Numbered from the stretch's first letter, positions 1-12,540 are shown. The stretch is 64,000 nucleotides of DNA from Squalus acanthias (GCA_030390025.1 CM059434.1:123070001-123134000), one strand, 5' to 3'. Program-made: numbers and translations. The notes: a model not told the origin generated them from the letters alone.

Positions 1-1074
1 CACTTCCTGATCAGGTACAGGACCGGTTAGGTACAAGGGCACAGAAGTTCCAGCTAGGGGCTAAATGAGGTATGTAGTCCTAAATTTTCCCAAGATAACT
101 GGGAGTGCATGTGTTCTTAGTTGGGAAAGGTCTTTCTACAGATGGCTCCAAAAGGCAATAAAAGATAAACAATGCCTTTGGCACTGTTCACACTAAGCTA
201 AGTAGGGTGCTTTGACCATGCTGCTAATGTGAAGGGAAAAAATATTATTCCAATTCAATTCAAATGTTTACGCACTGCTTAGGGATCCACATAAGCAGCC
301 AGTTTGTGAACTGTGGCTGGGGAAAACCAGTCGTCCAAAAGCAACGAGTTCAGTTCGGCTGTAAGTTAATATTCTTCTCAAAAAATGATTGTTAGAAACT
401 GTGTTGGATCCTCGTTCCTGTCAAGAATGGAGACCAATTTTCACAAAAATCTTTACAATTAATCCAAAAACGAGACCTGCTTTTTTTGTTGTTGACCTTA
501 ACTGCCTTGACTTCAATCAAAAAAAATAGGGGTTATCACTCATGGTGCCAGCTCACGCCAATGTTGATGCTTGACCAGCATACTCCTCTTCTGTGCCCTG
601 GCGCTAACTTCCCATCACCTGCATGGGAAAAAACTCAAAAAATTCTTAGCGATGTACGAGGCACAATTGTTGCTTAACCTTTAGCAGCAAGGCTGGAGTC
701 AATTCAAGTGGACAAGGAACATGATCCCATTTCTTCCACCTTTCTCCCAGTTTTATGTTTTCATACATTAAAGGCTGCTTTAATCATAATCACTGGCTGT
801 GAATGGATGTGAGACAGAATCAGGAGTGCGGCAGAAAAGGTGCAGGTATTTAGCTCAAGCCTTTTTCCTGTGTCCATTCATCAGGGTGTCTGAGTGGTTG
901 TTCAGCTACAGATCTCCCCGTCCCATCAATGACTATTGACAGATGGAACTGACCTTCCACTGAACTACTGTGGTACACCTAGGTTACTCTCCTCGCCTCC
1001 TTAGTGACAAAACTAGACTCGCGCTGAAATAGCAGGTGAAAAAGTCAAAACCTTCATCTCCTATTTCTTGGCTT

Positions 1075-1385
1075 CGATCTCTAATTGATCTCCGCTGGAC
1101 TGGCAGTAGGGGCATTAAACTTTCCCACAGCTCTCTGGAAAAGGGAGGGGAAAATCAGCCGGTGTCCTACTCCTGATTTATATCGAGTGGCCCCTGTTAA
1201 CCAGTGAGCGAACGTGTGAAGAAGACATGTCGGGTCAGGACAGGGTTGGGGTTGACTGTGATGTCCTCTGTGGTTAGCGAGCCTGGAAACATTCACTATC
1301 TCAAAGCTCACAGGTGAAGTATGAAGAATGAGGTACCAGAGGGCTGCGGAACCGTACCCCAGTGAGAACCAGTGCCTTTGTAGCA
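1075..1385 (+). mobile_element. Degenerate AmnSINE2-like SINE fragment
   Basis: Motifs GGGAGGGGAAAATCAGCC..CTCCTGAT, GGGTCAGGACAGG and GGAACCGTACCCCAG recur in other window copies (17560, 43540, 62450). Family name from recalled consensus. Confidence 0.55.
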
Positions 1386-1440
1386 TCGCTGGCCTTCAAC
1401 CCACTGCATCGCCCACCTCCCCCAACGCCACCCCACCTTC

Positions 1441-2845
1441 ACCCCACCTCATCACCACCTCATCACCACCTCATAACCACCTCATCCCCACCTCATCCCC
1501 ACCTCATCACCACCTCATCACCTCATAACCACCTCATCCCCACCTCATCCCCACCTCATCATCACCTCATCATCACCTCATCACCACCTCCGCCCCACCT
1601 CATCCCCACCTCATCACCACCTCATCACCTCATAACCACCTCATCCCCACCTCATCATCACCTCATCACCACCTCATCACCACCTCATCCCCACCTCATC
1701 ACCACCTCATAACCACCTCATCCCCACCTCATCCCCACCTCATCCCCACCTCATCATCACCTCATCATCACCTCATCCCCACCTCATCATCACCTCATTA
1801 GCACCTCATCACCACCTCATCACCACCTCATCACCACCTCATCCCCACCTCATCATCACCTCATCACCACCTCATCACCACCTCATCATCACCTCATCCC
1901 CACCTCATCACCACCTCATCCCCACCTCATCACCTCATCCCCACCTCATCCCCACCTCATCCCCACCTCATCACCACCTCATCACCACCTCATCCCCACC
2001 TCATCACCACCTCATCATCACCTCATCATCACCTCATCATCACCTCATCACCACCTCATCACCACCTCATCACCACCTCATCCCCACCTCATAACCACCT
2101 CATCATCACCTCATCATCACGTCATCACCAACTCATCACCACCTCATCACCACCTCATCACCTCCTCATCACCTCCTCATCCCCACCTCATAACCACCTC
2201 ATCATCACCTCATCACCAACTCATCACCACCTCATCCCCACCTCATCATCACCTCATCATCACCTCATCACCACCTCATCCCCACCTCATAACCACCTCA
2301 TAACCACCTCATCATCACCTCATCACCAACTCATCATCACCTCATCACCAACTCATCACCACCTCATCACCACCTCATCACCTCCTCATCACCTCCTCAT
2401 CCCCACCTCATAACCACCTCATCACCACCTCATCACCTCATCACCACCTCATCATCATCACCTCATCACCACCTCATCACCACCTCATCACCACCTCATC
2501 CCCACCTCATCATCACCTCATCATCACCTCATCCCCACCTCATCACCACCTCATCACCACCTCATCCCCACCTCATAACCACCTCATCATCACCTCATCA
2601 TCACGTCATCACCAACTCATCACCACCTCATCCCCACCTCATCCCCACCTCATCATCACCTCATCATCACGTCATCACCAACTCATCACCACCTCATCCC
2701 CACCTCATCCCCACCTCATCACCACCTCATCATCACCTCATCATCACCTCATCCCCACCTCATCATCACCTCATCACCACCTCATCATCACCTCATCACC
2801 ACCTCATCACCAACTCATCACCACCTCATCACCACCTCATCACCT
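1441..2845. repeat. 11-bp minisatellite (CACCTCATCAC/CCC/AAC/CAT variants), about 1.4 kb
   Basis: Tandem units directly visible. The overlapping His/Pro/Ser ORFs are by-products of the repeat. Confidence 0.97.
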
Positions 2846-3092
2846 TTAATCAGGGGAGGGAGGGAGGCCTGCAGTACCGCGGCGCTACATGCCGATGCGC
2901 ACAGCGCTGCTGCACGTAGCGCCGCGATATTCAACCGGAGCGCCCCAAGAGGGAGGGGGAGCGCTTCCAGTAGCGCCCCGCCTACTGCTTGGGGTGCTAC
3001 CATTCAATTTCGGGCACGGGGCACTAACATTTTCGGGGTGATAAAAGTAGCACCCCGGCTAGGTTATCGCCCCAAAGGGGGCGCGAGCCAAT
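2846..3092 (+). mobile_element. Right part of a GC-rich non-autonomous DNA element (same family as 11973-12540)
   Basis: TTGGGGTGCTACCATTCAATTTC...ATAAAAGTAGCACCCCGGC...GGGGGCGCGA aligns with 12428-12526. The terminal TIR is missing. Confidence 0.75.
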
Positions 3093-3284
3093 GTGCTAAT
3101 AAGGAATGCCTGTTTGAAAGTCCAGATTTAGCACGGAATTTTCTGGCTAATTGCTGATGAACGTGCCTGCAGGCACTAACCAGAATCCTAGAGGTTTAGC
3201 ACTCAAGTGCTGATTAGGTGAGATTTTCGTGGAGCAGTGTATGTGGGCTCCTCGCACCCACTTCCGCTGAAGGTGTGGAGTGCG

Positions 3285-5107
3285 ATGGCTGGGAGTGGAA
3301 TGATGCCTCAAGGAACAAGAGAGAGGGCGCTGACGTGGCACCGGAGGTCCTGGTGGAGGTGGTAGCGAGGAGGAGGCCACAGAGGCAGCTGTGAGACGAG
3401 ATTGCCCGGGAGGTCACAGCCAGGAGCCCTGGCCCCAGGACACGGCTCCAATGCCGCAAGAAACTTAATGATTTGACACGAGCGGTCAAGGTCAGATCCC
3501 ATCTCACAAACACACTTCTCAATGACTGCACCACCAGCATCACAACCTCAACACACTCCATCCACCATCTAACTATACACTGACATTCACACACCCCACA
3601 CTATTGCATCCTTCACAGGCACTACTCACACCTCAGACACATCTCACAACTCTTCAACCATGTGAGCCATCACAAACACACACACAAACACAAACACACA
3701 CAAATACACCTGCCAATGCATTCATTCACAATCACCACTCTTTCTCTTCCAGGAAAAATTAGCGCATAACAGGCGTCAGCAGGACCTGACCGGGAAAGGG
3801 GAAGCACAACTTCATGATATCACGCCCCTTGAGGAAGCAGTGCTGTCCGTGATCGGGAGGGGAATGGGAGACGCCGTGATTAGAGGCAGAGGAGGGGGCA
3901 TCTCGCCTAGAGGCATGTGGGCGCTGCAGCTTCCTTGCAGATGCTCAACTATTTCTGATCCCGAATCACCCAAAGCTATCCTCACTCCCAACCTTCATAT
4001 GGTCTCATCACACACATCCTCCTATAGTGGCCACGCGCGCTGCACCCGAGCCCTTCCAGCCTTATCACTGCAGGCTCCCAGGAGCAAGATGCACCTCGCC
4101 CCCTGGAGCAGGTTCAGGAAGAACAACAGCCAGGAGGAGGTCGAGAGCGAGGACGAATACACTGTGTCAATGGCTACCACTGTCGCAGGCACCAGCTCAG
4201 AGACCGGCACCATATGCAACTTAGAGGCTAGCTTAGAAGAGGGATCTCACAGAGGGACGTACCGGGCACCAGCCACGCAGGGTGGAAGGGACATCACAGG
4301 TGCCACCTTGCCGGGGGGGGAGGGGGCCAAGGTTGCATACTAGTTCTGCTGCAGAGGAGTCAGATGAGAACGTCACCAGGCCAAGCTTCAGAATAAGACT
4401 GATGGGTGCAACAAACCAAATGCTTGGTGCAATGGAGAGCCTGCCTGAAAGCCTACGGGTCATGTCCAAGGGGGATGGAGGAGTCTGCCTCCACCTTGGT
4501 CCATGGCTGGACCCAGAGCCTGGAACCCACCCACTCCAGCGTGGAGAGGCTGGTGACTTCCAGCCAGCGACCTGCGGAGCCCGACACCATGCAGCGTCTG
4601 ATGACTGAGGTCGCAGCTTCCACTGAAGTCATTGCAGCTCGCATGGAACGGCAAAACTGCTGCAATGGAAGCTCAGGCAGCTGCCATGGTGGCTCTGGGC
4701 TCCTCGGCTGAAAGGGGTTGGCAGAGTGTCTGCGATGCCCACAGAATCTGTCCTCCACCGGACCACAGGGCGGGCTGGACAGAGGCCCCGAGGTAGTGGC
4801 GTGGGAATCATGGAGCAGGAACCTACCGACCTCCCACTGGACAGCAGCATTGCTGCTCCCTCCCCCGCCACTCCACCATTGCCCTTAGCTGTTGCCTGTC
4901 AGCCAGGCGGCCCAGATTGCTGGAGCCCATGCTGAGATGGTGCAGTCTGAGGCACGGCCATCACGGCCCACAGCCTCTCGAGGGCCTCCCAGGAGGACTT
5001 CTGAACTCCCCTCCTCAGATTCTCAGCAGCCATCCACCTCGCCTGCTGCCGCCACTGAGGTCGCACTTCTTAGAAGCACCAGAATAAGCAAGAGCACTTA
5101 TAGATAG
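3285..5107 (+). pseudogene. Harbinger Myb/SANT-like DNA-binding protein gene (NAIF1/MSANTD-like), spliced and disrupted
   Basis: Exon 1 reads ...L*DEIAREVTARSPGPRTRLQCRKKLNDLTRAVK with a GT donor at 3491. AG acceptor at 3752, then EKLAHNRRQQDLTGKGEAQLHDITPLEE. C-terminus LRSTRISKSTYR*. Contains a W-to-stop change and frameshifts. Confidence 0.85.
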
Positions 5108-5375
5108 CCACTAACGGTCAGCACCAGGGTGAATAGTTTAATATTTTTAAGTGATGTTGGTTCTGTCAAGTTTACATATTTTGTTTTTGATGTGTATAAA
5201 TAGTGATGATGGTAATTGGGTAGTGGTGGAATCGGTGGTCTTTTTTATTGTGATCTTCACGGGGAAGGGGTTGAAAGGATTGAGTGCAGATGATGGACTG
5301 CCAGATGGATCCTAAGTCGTGGAAGGTACATCATGTGGCTGCAGTGCTCAAGAGTCTGATGGTGGAGTAGGTCTC

Positions 5376-6364
5376 TCAAAAGCGCCGTTCAATTAGATGG
5401 CGGTGAATGTCCCTCCCAGGTGCGGCCCGTCTACCTGGAAGCCTCTGGTGCTCCCCCTGGTCCTCCTCCTCCTCCTCTTGTGGTTCTTGAGCTTGACCCT
5501 CTGGCACAATTGCTGGTGGTTACGGCTAGTCTCTCATGATCGCCAGATTGTGCAGCATGCATCAAATCACCATGAATGTGGACACCTTCTCAGCCGAGTA
5601 CTGCAGGGCACCTCCTGACTGGTCAAAGCATCTGAACCTCTGCTTGAGGACTCCAATGGTCTGCTCAATGATATTCCTGGTGGTTGAGTGACTCTCATTG
5701 TATGAGTGCTCAGCTGGTGTCTGGGGGTTTCTCAGGGGAGTGATAAGCCATAGCATCAGAGGGTATCCCTTGTCACCTAGTAGCCAGCCATGCACATTAT
5801 TCCCTGGACCATGGGGAACCCTGGAATCCTGTTGAATCCTAGTGCTCTCTGCCTCTAGTCTTCTCTGGCAATAGGGTATGATATATAGTCATTCCCTATG
5901 ACTAGAGGCAGAGAGCACTAGGATTCAACAGGATTCCAGAGCGTATACAGCAGCAGAGACCTCCCTTATGCAGAAGTGCACAGAGGTTTGTGAGATGTGA
6001 CTTATATCACCTGTGGCACGTGGAAGGTTCCAGTAGCATATAAGTTAAGGGCTGCTATGACCTTGACTGCCACAGGCAATGCAGTCCTGGCCATGCTGCG
6101 ACATCTGAGTCTTCCTTCCATGAGACCACAGATCTCTATAATGTCCTCCTTGGTAAAGCGCAGCCTCCTCATGCACTGGTCTTGGGTCATGTGAACATAG
6201 GAGTACTGCTCTCCGAACACCCTGGGTGGATAGGGCCTCCTGCTGAGAGCCCTCCTTACCCTCCTGTCCTTCTATCCTGCAGCAGCTGGTGCTGCTCTGC
6301 CCAGCCTCATCTCCTCCTTCAAATCATCATGCAGCGCAAGGGGGAGCCCCATCAAGATGCCCAT
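5376..6364 (-). pseudogene. HARBI1-like DDE transposase, internally deleted
   Basis: Segments in order: RRPYPPRVF..RRLRFTK..LPVAVKV.AALN.YATGTF; [15 protein letters not shown] joined directly to [42 protein letters not shown]; ends LIERRF*. The AIDCTH-to-HD core is absent. Confidence 0.92.
5821..5939. repeat. Perfect 40-bp inverted repeat with 39-bp spacer
   Basis: 5821-5860 CTGGAATCCTGTTGAATCCTAGTGCTCTCTGCCTCTAGTC is the exact reverse complement of 5900-5939. Confidence 0.95.
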
Positions 6365-6406
6365 GACCAACCACTCCCTTTCTCCTGGTCAGTCCTATAA
6401 GGTGTC

Positions 6407-6628
6407 TGACATGAATCTTGTTATTCATGTGGAAATGACTTATGAAATAATACTGGGAGGCCTGCTGGTGGCGCTGTCCAGGGAGAGTATAAATACTCGG
6501 GCCCAGCTTGCGCAGGACATTCTTAACAGGAACTAGTGAAGGCCACAACTAGACCTCCATGTTGTAAAACAGTTGATTAAAGCTTTGTTTAACGCTTAGA
6601 CCAAGTGCCTAGTAGTTCTCTTACGTCA
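6407..6628 (+). mobile_element. Solo LTR (222 bp) with 5-bp TSD GTGTC
   Basis: TGAC...GTCA termini; GTGTC at 6402-6406 and 6629-6633; internal TATAAATA and ATTAAA; second copy at 17083-17336. Confidence 0.88.
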
Positions 6629-7699
6629 GTGTCCAATAAGGTAGAGTAGTACAGCACTCACTCTTTTTAGGTGAAGTCCTGAGAGAATATCCAGGAAAAA
6701 CGTTGATAGGGTGTTGGTGAAGTCTTGACAAAGTGTCCCAGAAAGTCTCCCGATGTGTCTCAAAAGTCCTTTTCAAGCGCAATTTAGTCAGTCGATCTCA
6801 ATCAGCAAGTGAACATTGAAAGCTGAGCGTGGCTAGAAGTAGCGCTCGAAATACTCAGCAAGGAATTGCTTACTCCTGTTCAGCTGGTCGCTGTTAGGAG
6901 AGGTCGTCAAATTAAACGTTATCCGCCACAATGGAATGCCGCCTCTTTAATGAGCGCTAGCAGGCAGTTTTTAACTGTCAATCAGCCACTTAACGATTCT
7001 CCGGGCGGCCGTTCCTAGCGCTGGCTTCAAATCCTTTATCAAGATGGCGTCTTGCGCTAAAAGCGGACTAAGACCCCATCTTGGCCACCTCTTTAGTGTC
7101 TAAAATATTTGGCCAAAATCGCCCTCTCAAGGTTTTGCAAGACAACAAAGAAGGCCTTAGCGATTTGAGCGGGGTTTAGAATCTATACAAGTGACCGCCA
7201 AATTGAAGTGACCACCTAGAAGCACCATTATGCAGAAACACCACAGTTATGGACAATAATTATTTCCAGGAGCTGGTATTTTCACTCCTCCGAGACTTTT
7301 AATCCAAAGCTGCAATATTTGGAGAGCAATTCATGTTACATGCTGTAAATATAGAAATTTGCGGGATTCGTTCCTGGATGTGATGCAGCTTACAAATCAC
7401 TTGTCCTAGCTTTTGTTATTTAACTTGTTGCTTTAAGTTCCTAGATTGAAATTTGTAACACACCACAGATGGTGCGATGTTCTGTTCAGTCAGTAGACCA
7501 GATAAATGTGTTTTAAAAGATGACATCTGAAGTAAACTGTAGCTGTACTTTTTCATTGTGTCTGAGGTGTTTTTTCACACTCTCGATGAAGCTGCAATGA
7601 CTGAGCACTTTAGGTGTGATATTCTTTCAATGCCTCTACACATTACTGGGCTGAATAGTGGATATTTCTAGGCATAATAAGTGAGACTGAAATTACTCT

Positions 7700-8180
7700 G
7701 AATTTACTAGAATGGTTCCAGGGATGACGGATTACAGTTACCGTGGAAAACCTGGGGAAGCTGGGGTTGTTCTCCTTGGAGCAGAGAAGGCTAAGAGGAG
7801 ATTTGATCGAGGTTTTCAAAATCATGAAGGGTTTAGATAGAGTAAATAAAGGGAAACTGTTTTTAATGGCTGAAGGGTTGATAACCAGAGGATACAGATT
7901 GAAGGTGATTGGCAAAAGAACCAGAGGCGACATGAGGGAAAAATGTTTTTGTGCAACGAATGGTTAGGATCTGGAATGCGCTGCCTGATATGGGTGGTGG
8001 ATGCAGATTCAATAGTAGCCTTCAAAAGGGACTTGGATAAATATTTGAAGGAGAGAAATGCAGGGATATGGGGACAGAGCAGGGGGAGTGGGACTAACTG
8101 GATCGCTCTTCGAAAGAGCCGGCGCAGACTCGATGGGCCGAATGGCCTCCTTCTGTGCTGTACTATTCTATGATTCTGTG
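7700..8180 (+). mobile_element. CR1 LINE 3' fragment
   Basis: LGLFSLEQRRLRGDLIEVFKIMKG; 3' UTR ATGGGCCGAATGGCCTCCTTCTGTGCTG and (ATTCTATG)-type tail. Confidence 0.92.
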
Positions 8181-8405
8181 ATACTCAACAAAACTGTGAT
8201 CAACTGCAGCCTACTTCTTCGTAATTTTTTTCTCCAGGTACATTCCAGCTTTAATACGCCTACTAATTTACTTGGAAAAAGGGCCGGTAATGTACTTCTT
8301 TTCCACATTTAAACTTTACAGAACAAGGAGTACGCTCCTCAAGGAATGATCACCATGCACGACGGATGCCAGAAAGGAACCTCTGGACTATTAAAATTTC
8401 TAGTT

Positions 8406-8470
8406 AGAACAGAAAATGCTGGAAATACACAGCAGCTCAGACAGCATCTGTAAAGAGAAAAGACAGGTTG
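8406..8470 (-). mobile_element. Penelope terminal-repeat fragment
   Basis: ACAGAAAATGCTGGAAATAC..CAGCATCTG matches 51975-52030. Confidence 0.65.
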
Positions 8471-8537
8471 GGTTGTTTTGGGTTTTAAGCAGGTCTTGAA
8501 CAAAGAGACAGAGATGGAGAGGCAGAGGGGTTTAAGG

Positions 8538-8917
8538 AAAAAGAAAGACTTGCATTTCTATAGCGCCTTTCACGACCTCAGTATGTCCCAAAGCGCTTTA
8601 CAGCCAATGAAGTACTTTTTGAAGTGTAGTCACTGTTGTAATGTAGGAAATGCAGCAGCCAATTGTGCACAGCAAGCTCCCACAAACAGCAACACGATAA
8701 TGACCAGATAATCTGTTTTCAGTGATAACTCCCCTGATCTTCTTCAAAATAGTGCCATGGGATCTTTTACGTCCACCTGAGAGGGCAGACATGTTGTCAT
8801 CTGAACGGTGGCACCTCCGACAGTGCAGCACTCCCTCAGCACTGCACTGGGAGTGTCAGCCTGGATTTTATGTGCTCAAGTCTCTGGAGGGGGACTACGA
8901 ACCCACAACCTTCTGAC

Positions 8918-8950
<33 letters not shown>

Positions 8951-8958
8951 GCTGACAC
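8538..8958 (-). mobile_element. Deu-domain tRNA SINE (SacSINE1/AmnSINE1-like)
   Basis: tRNA-like head GTGGCTCAGTGG...GGTTCG, core TGCTGTTTGTGGGAGCTTGCTGTG..AATTGGCTGC, L2-type tail AAAGGCGCTATAGAAATGCAAG. Confidence 0.88.
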
Positions 8959-9352
8959 AGGGAAGCACGGCAGAGCATGGGGTGTAGACAGTTGTAGCCA
9001 CGGCCACCAATGGTAGGGGAAAAAGGGAGGGGAATGCATGAGGTCAGAGTCAGAGGAACGGAAAGTTTGGGAGAGGTGGTGGTGGGGTGGTGTAGGCGAG
9101 CGGGAAGTTACAGACATAGGGAGCAACGAGTCCATGAATGATTTTAAACTCGAGGATGAGAATTTTAAATATAAGACTTCGGGGGACTGGGCGCCAATGT
9201 AGTTCCGCGAGGACAGGGGGTGATAGGTAAGTGGGACTTGGTGGCGGATAGGATGTGGCAGCGGAATTTTACATGAGTGGAAGTTTATGGGAGCTGGAAC
9301 ACGGGTTGCGGGATAGGAGAGCATTGGAATTGTTAAGTTTGGAGGTGAAACA

Positions 9353-10165
9353 GGCCTTGATATTAACCCCACCCCCACAATGGGCGGGAGAGGGTCTGGA
9401 CGGCTAAAAAGTGAAATCCGTGTAACCCGAATCCAACACGCTGCACACGCGTAGGGTTTATCAAGGTGCGCGTGTACCGCTGTGGCGAGGCAGGACACTT
9501 ATTAACATATTTAAATCTGCCTCAAATAGTGCAACTGGGAGTCCGATTTTAAAATGAACTGGTGCTTCATGGGTTTCCCAGGGGTCGGGGAACTCATTAG
9601 TGAAAGGGAGGCGGGAGTTGCTGGCTGCCCAGGGTAAGTGGCCCTTTTAGCACTCCATGTGGGCCAGGAGTAGCAGGAGTGCTCCCCCCGGGCCCCGCAA
9701 AGGAAACCTTCAGCCTCCCCCAACTCCAACCTGCAGCCTCCCCATCCACCCCCAGCCCTCCCGATCGCAGGGCTTCCAACACAGAACCTTCTGACTGCTG
9801 AGCGGAGCTTCCTTACCAGTGCCGACCTCCCCCAGCCCTCCCAACTGGAGCCTCCTCCCCTCCTCCCAATTGTCGGCCTCCCCGCTCCTTTACAATGTCA
9901 GCTAGCGCGGAGGCCAGGAAGGGAACTCCTCCCAATTGTCCACCTCCCCACTGCTCCCGATCGCCGGGGACCGTCCCCAAGGCTCTCCGGCTGCAGCTTC
10001 CTCCCGCTAGAGTTCCCTCCCGCCGGCCGGCCCGCTCACCCGCCGGCCAGGTTACCCTGGCACAATGAGGCCCTGCCATTAGGATCGGCAGGGCCTCCAC
10101 GTCCCCGGCCTTGCCGGGTCCATCACCCGTTTTTGGCCTCCCCCGCACCCTCTCCACCTCCACAT
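9353..10165. mobile_element. GC-rich non-autonomous DNA element (Harbinger-type, one end lost)
   Basis: Begins GGCCTTGATATTAAC, is CpG-rich and interrupts the L2. No matching right TIR seen. Confidence 0.55.
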
Positions 10166-10962
10166 TCCTCTCGGGGCCAGGGTGTCAGCAGCAGGTGGGC
10201 TGAGGTAGAGGCGGAGATGGGTGATGTTATCGAGGTGCAAGTAGGCGAGAACACAGTTCGAGGTCGAATAGGACCCCATATTTAGCTGGAGAAAATTGCT
10301 GCTCATTCAAGAATCAATGTCAGGCAAGCAGTCTAACTGCACAGAAACAGTAGAGGGGTCAAGGCAGGTGATAGAGAGGTAGAGCTGGGTGTCATCATTA
10401 TACATGTGGAAGCTGACCCCCATCTATGGATGATATTGCCTTGGGGCAACATGTCAGTGAAGAAGAGAAGGGAACCAAGAATAGATCCTTGGGGGCTCCG
10501 GGGGTAATGGTCCAAGGGCTGGAAGAGAAGCCATTGCTGGAGATGCTTTGGCTATGTTCAGATAGCTAAGAGCGGAACCAAGTGAGGGCAGTCCCAGTGA
10601 GCTGGAGAAGAGTTGGCGAAGAATGGTATGGGCAACAATGTCAAAGGCTACAGAGAGGTCAAGGAGGAAGAGGAGGAGAGACAACACAACATGGTCACAG
10701 TCATAGAAAATGACGTTTGTGACTTTGGTTAGGCCATTTCAGTGCTGTGGGAGGGGTTCAAACCTGATTGGACAGATTGAAACACGGATCAGGATTTGGG
10801 AGGTGACAACATACTTAAGGAATTTGGAGAGGAAATGGAGGTTGGGTGGTAGTTTCTAAGAACAGGAGGGTTAAGTGTGGGATTTTTTGACGTTTGAAAG
10901 AGTGGGGGACAACACCCGAGGAGAGGGAACCATTTACAATGTCAGCTAGCCTAGAGGCCAGG

Positions 10963-11412
10963 GTCAGCTGTGGCTCAGTGGGTAGCACACTCGCCTCTGA
11001 GTCAGGAGGTTGTGGGTTCAAGTCCCACTCCAGAGACTTGAGCACATAAAGCTACTCTAACACTCCAGTGCAGTGCGGAAGGAGTGCCGCACTGTCGGAG
11101 GTGCCATCTTTCGGATGTGACGTCAAACCGAGGCCCCATCTGTTTTCTCATGTGGACGTAAAAGATCGAACAGCACTATTTCAAAGAAGAGCAGGGGAGT
11201 TATCTCCAGTGTCCTGACCAATATTTCTCTCTCAACATAACAAAAACAGATCATTTTCACATTGCTGTTTGTGGGAGCTTGCTGTGTGCAAATTGGCTGC
11301 TGCGTTTCCTACATTACAACAGTGACTACATTTCAAAAAGTACTTCATTGGCTGTAAAGTGCTTTGGGATGTCCAGTGGTTGTGAAAGGCGCTGTAGAAA
11401 TGCGTCTTTCTT
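10963..11412 (+). mobile_element. Deu-domain tRNA SINE
   Basis: Full head, core and tail as in the other copies. Confidence 0.88.
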
Positions 11413-11972
11413 TTAAACTGTGATACTCTCATTGCCTTATCATAAACATTATGTGAACTTAAGTCAGAAGCAGTTTAGGATTCTATAGCCACAGGTGTTG
11501 CTCTGAATGCAGCAACGTATCTCGCCTTTCATCTGTTTCCTTACCTAGTTTTTGCCTGTGAATACCTATCAGCTACCACGCTTAAAATGTTATTTATGAA
11601 CTATGCCTCTTCCTTTTCCCTCATGTTCTACATGGTTTCTGAGCGATGGCGATTAAGATAAGAAGCTGATTTCAATTGATATGTAATAGCAAGCATGGGA
11701 TGGGTTGTCAGCGAAATACATGGCAGGCTATGAATTTTCTTACGGTTAGGGTGAAGCAGTTGTAGGTGGTGACCCCATTTTTCCTAAGTAACCTGTTTTA
11801 ACAGTTTTACAAATTCACCATGGAGGTCATCAGTATAATTCAAGAAGAGAGGGTTGAGAAGATGTTAGGAGCGTACTAATTTCCACCTTAATAACCTTCT
11901 TTCACTCGATCAGAACTTCAGTGGTTTGGATAGCTAAGGCTTCAGCTACTGGTGTCAGTTTACAACCCACAG

Positions 11973-12540
11973 GGGGGAAAAATTCGGTTGCTTTGCGCCT
12001 CCCGTTAGCGCACTAAGAGGGTGCGGACGGGGCGCAAAACAACTAGCGCCCGTGCGCAGCGCCCCGCTCCAGCCGCGATCTTCGGTAGAGCCCCCTGACT
12101 TACCGCCGGACGCTATGTCCGACGGGGTCAGAGGGGGGCCTACCTGCGGCCGGGGCGCCGCTATTTAAAGACGAGGTGCTGGGCGGCCATTTTTGTTGCT
12201 GGCCGCCTGCCAGCACCTGCCTCCGCTCCCATCCCCGGCCTCCTGACCCGCCTCCCCGCGGAGTGCCGGCTGCGCTCCATGAGCCCGGCACTTCTCTTGA
12301 GTGCCGGGCTCTTTTGCCAGCACTCCGATCCCCGGTGGCCCAGCTGGGCCCCGGGTCGCGCTGCGCAAGGCCCCTCCCCTTTAAGAAGGGGAGGAAGGCC
12401 TGCTTCCAGGAGCACCCCGCTTCCCTCTTGGGGCGCTACCACTCAATTTCAGCCACGGGGGCGCTAATTTTTCCGGGTCAATAAAAGTAGCGCCCCGGCG
12501 AAGTTAGCGCCCCGAGGGGGGCGCGACTCAATTTTTCCCC
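11973..12540 (+). mobile_element. Harbinger-type MITE, GGGGGAAAAATT termini, 3-bp TSD CAG
   Basis: cag|GGGGGAAAAATTCGG ... CTCAATTTTTCCCC|cag. Ends are homologous to 28680-29555. Confidence 0.85.

Larger units (their letters stand above)
3130..7125. mobile_element. Decayed PIF/Harbinger DNA transposon (copy 1); ends approximate
   Basis: Convergent Myb/SANT gene (+) and HARBI1-like transposase (-), the typical Harbinger layout. GC-rich subterminal region ends ...GGCCAAAATCGCCC. Confidence 0.85.
8478..10962 (-). mobile_element. Fragmented L2 LINE (3' end plus RT remnants), interrupted by a SINE and a GC-rich element
   Basis: Minus-strand remnants LLDLSVAFDIV.HTIL and PQGSILGSLLF. 3' sequence matches the L2 copies at 22650 and 34490. 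Confidence 0.8.

Noticed and set aside
1328-1712. His/Pro/Ser-rich ORFs
   Set aside because: They are translations of the 11-bp minisatellite.
5376-6364. Domesticated host HARBI1 gene
   Set aside because: Catalytic core deleted, stops and frameshifts present, and paired with a Myb gene in transposon layout.
8836-9498. 220-aa ORF
   Set aside because: Crosses three unrelated repeats (GC-rich element, L2, SINE).
10963-11035. tRNA genes
   Set aside because: The A/B-box sequences are SINE heads that continue into SINE bodies.
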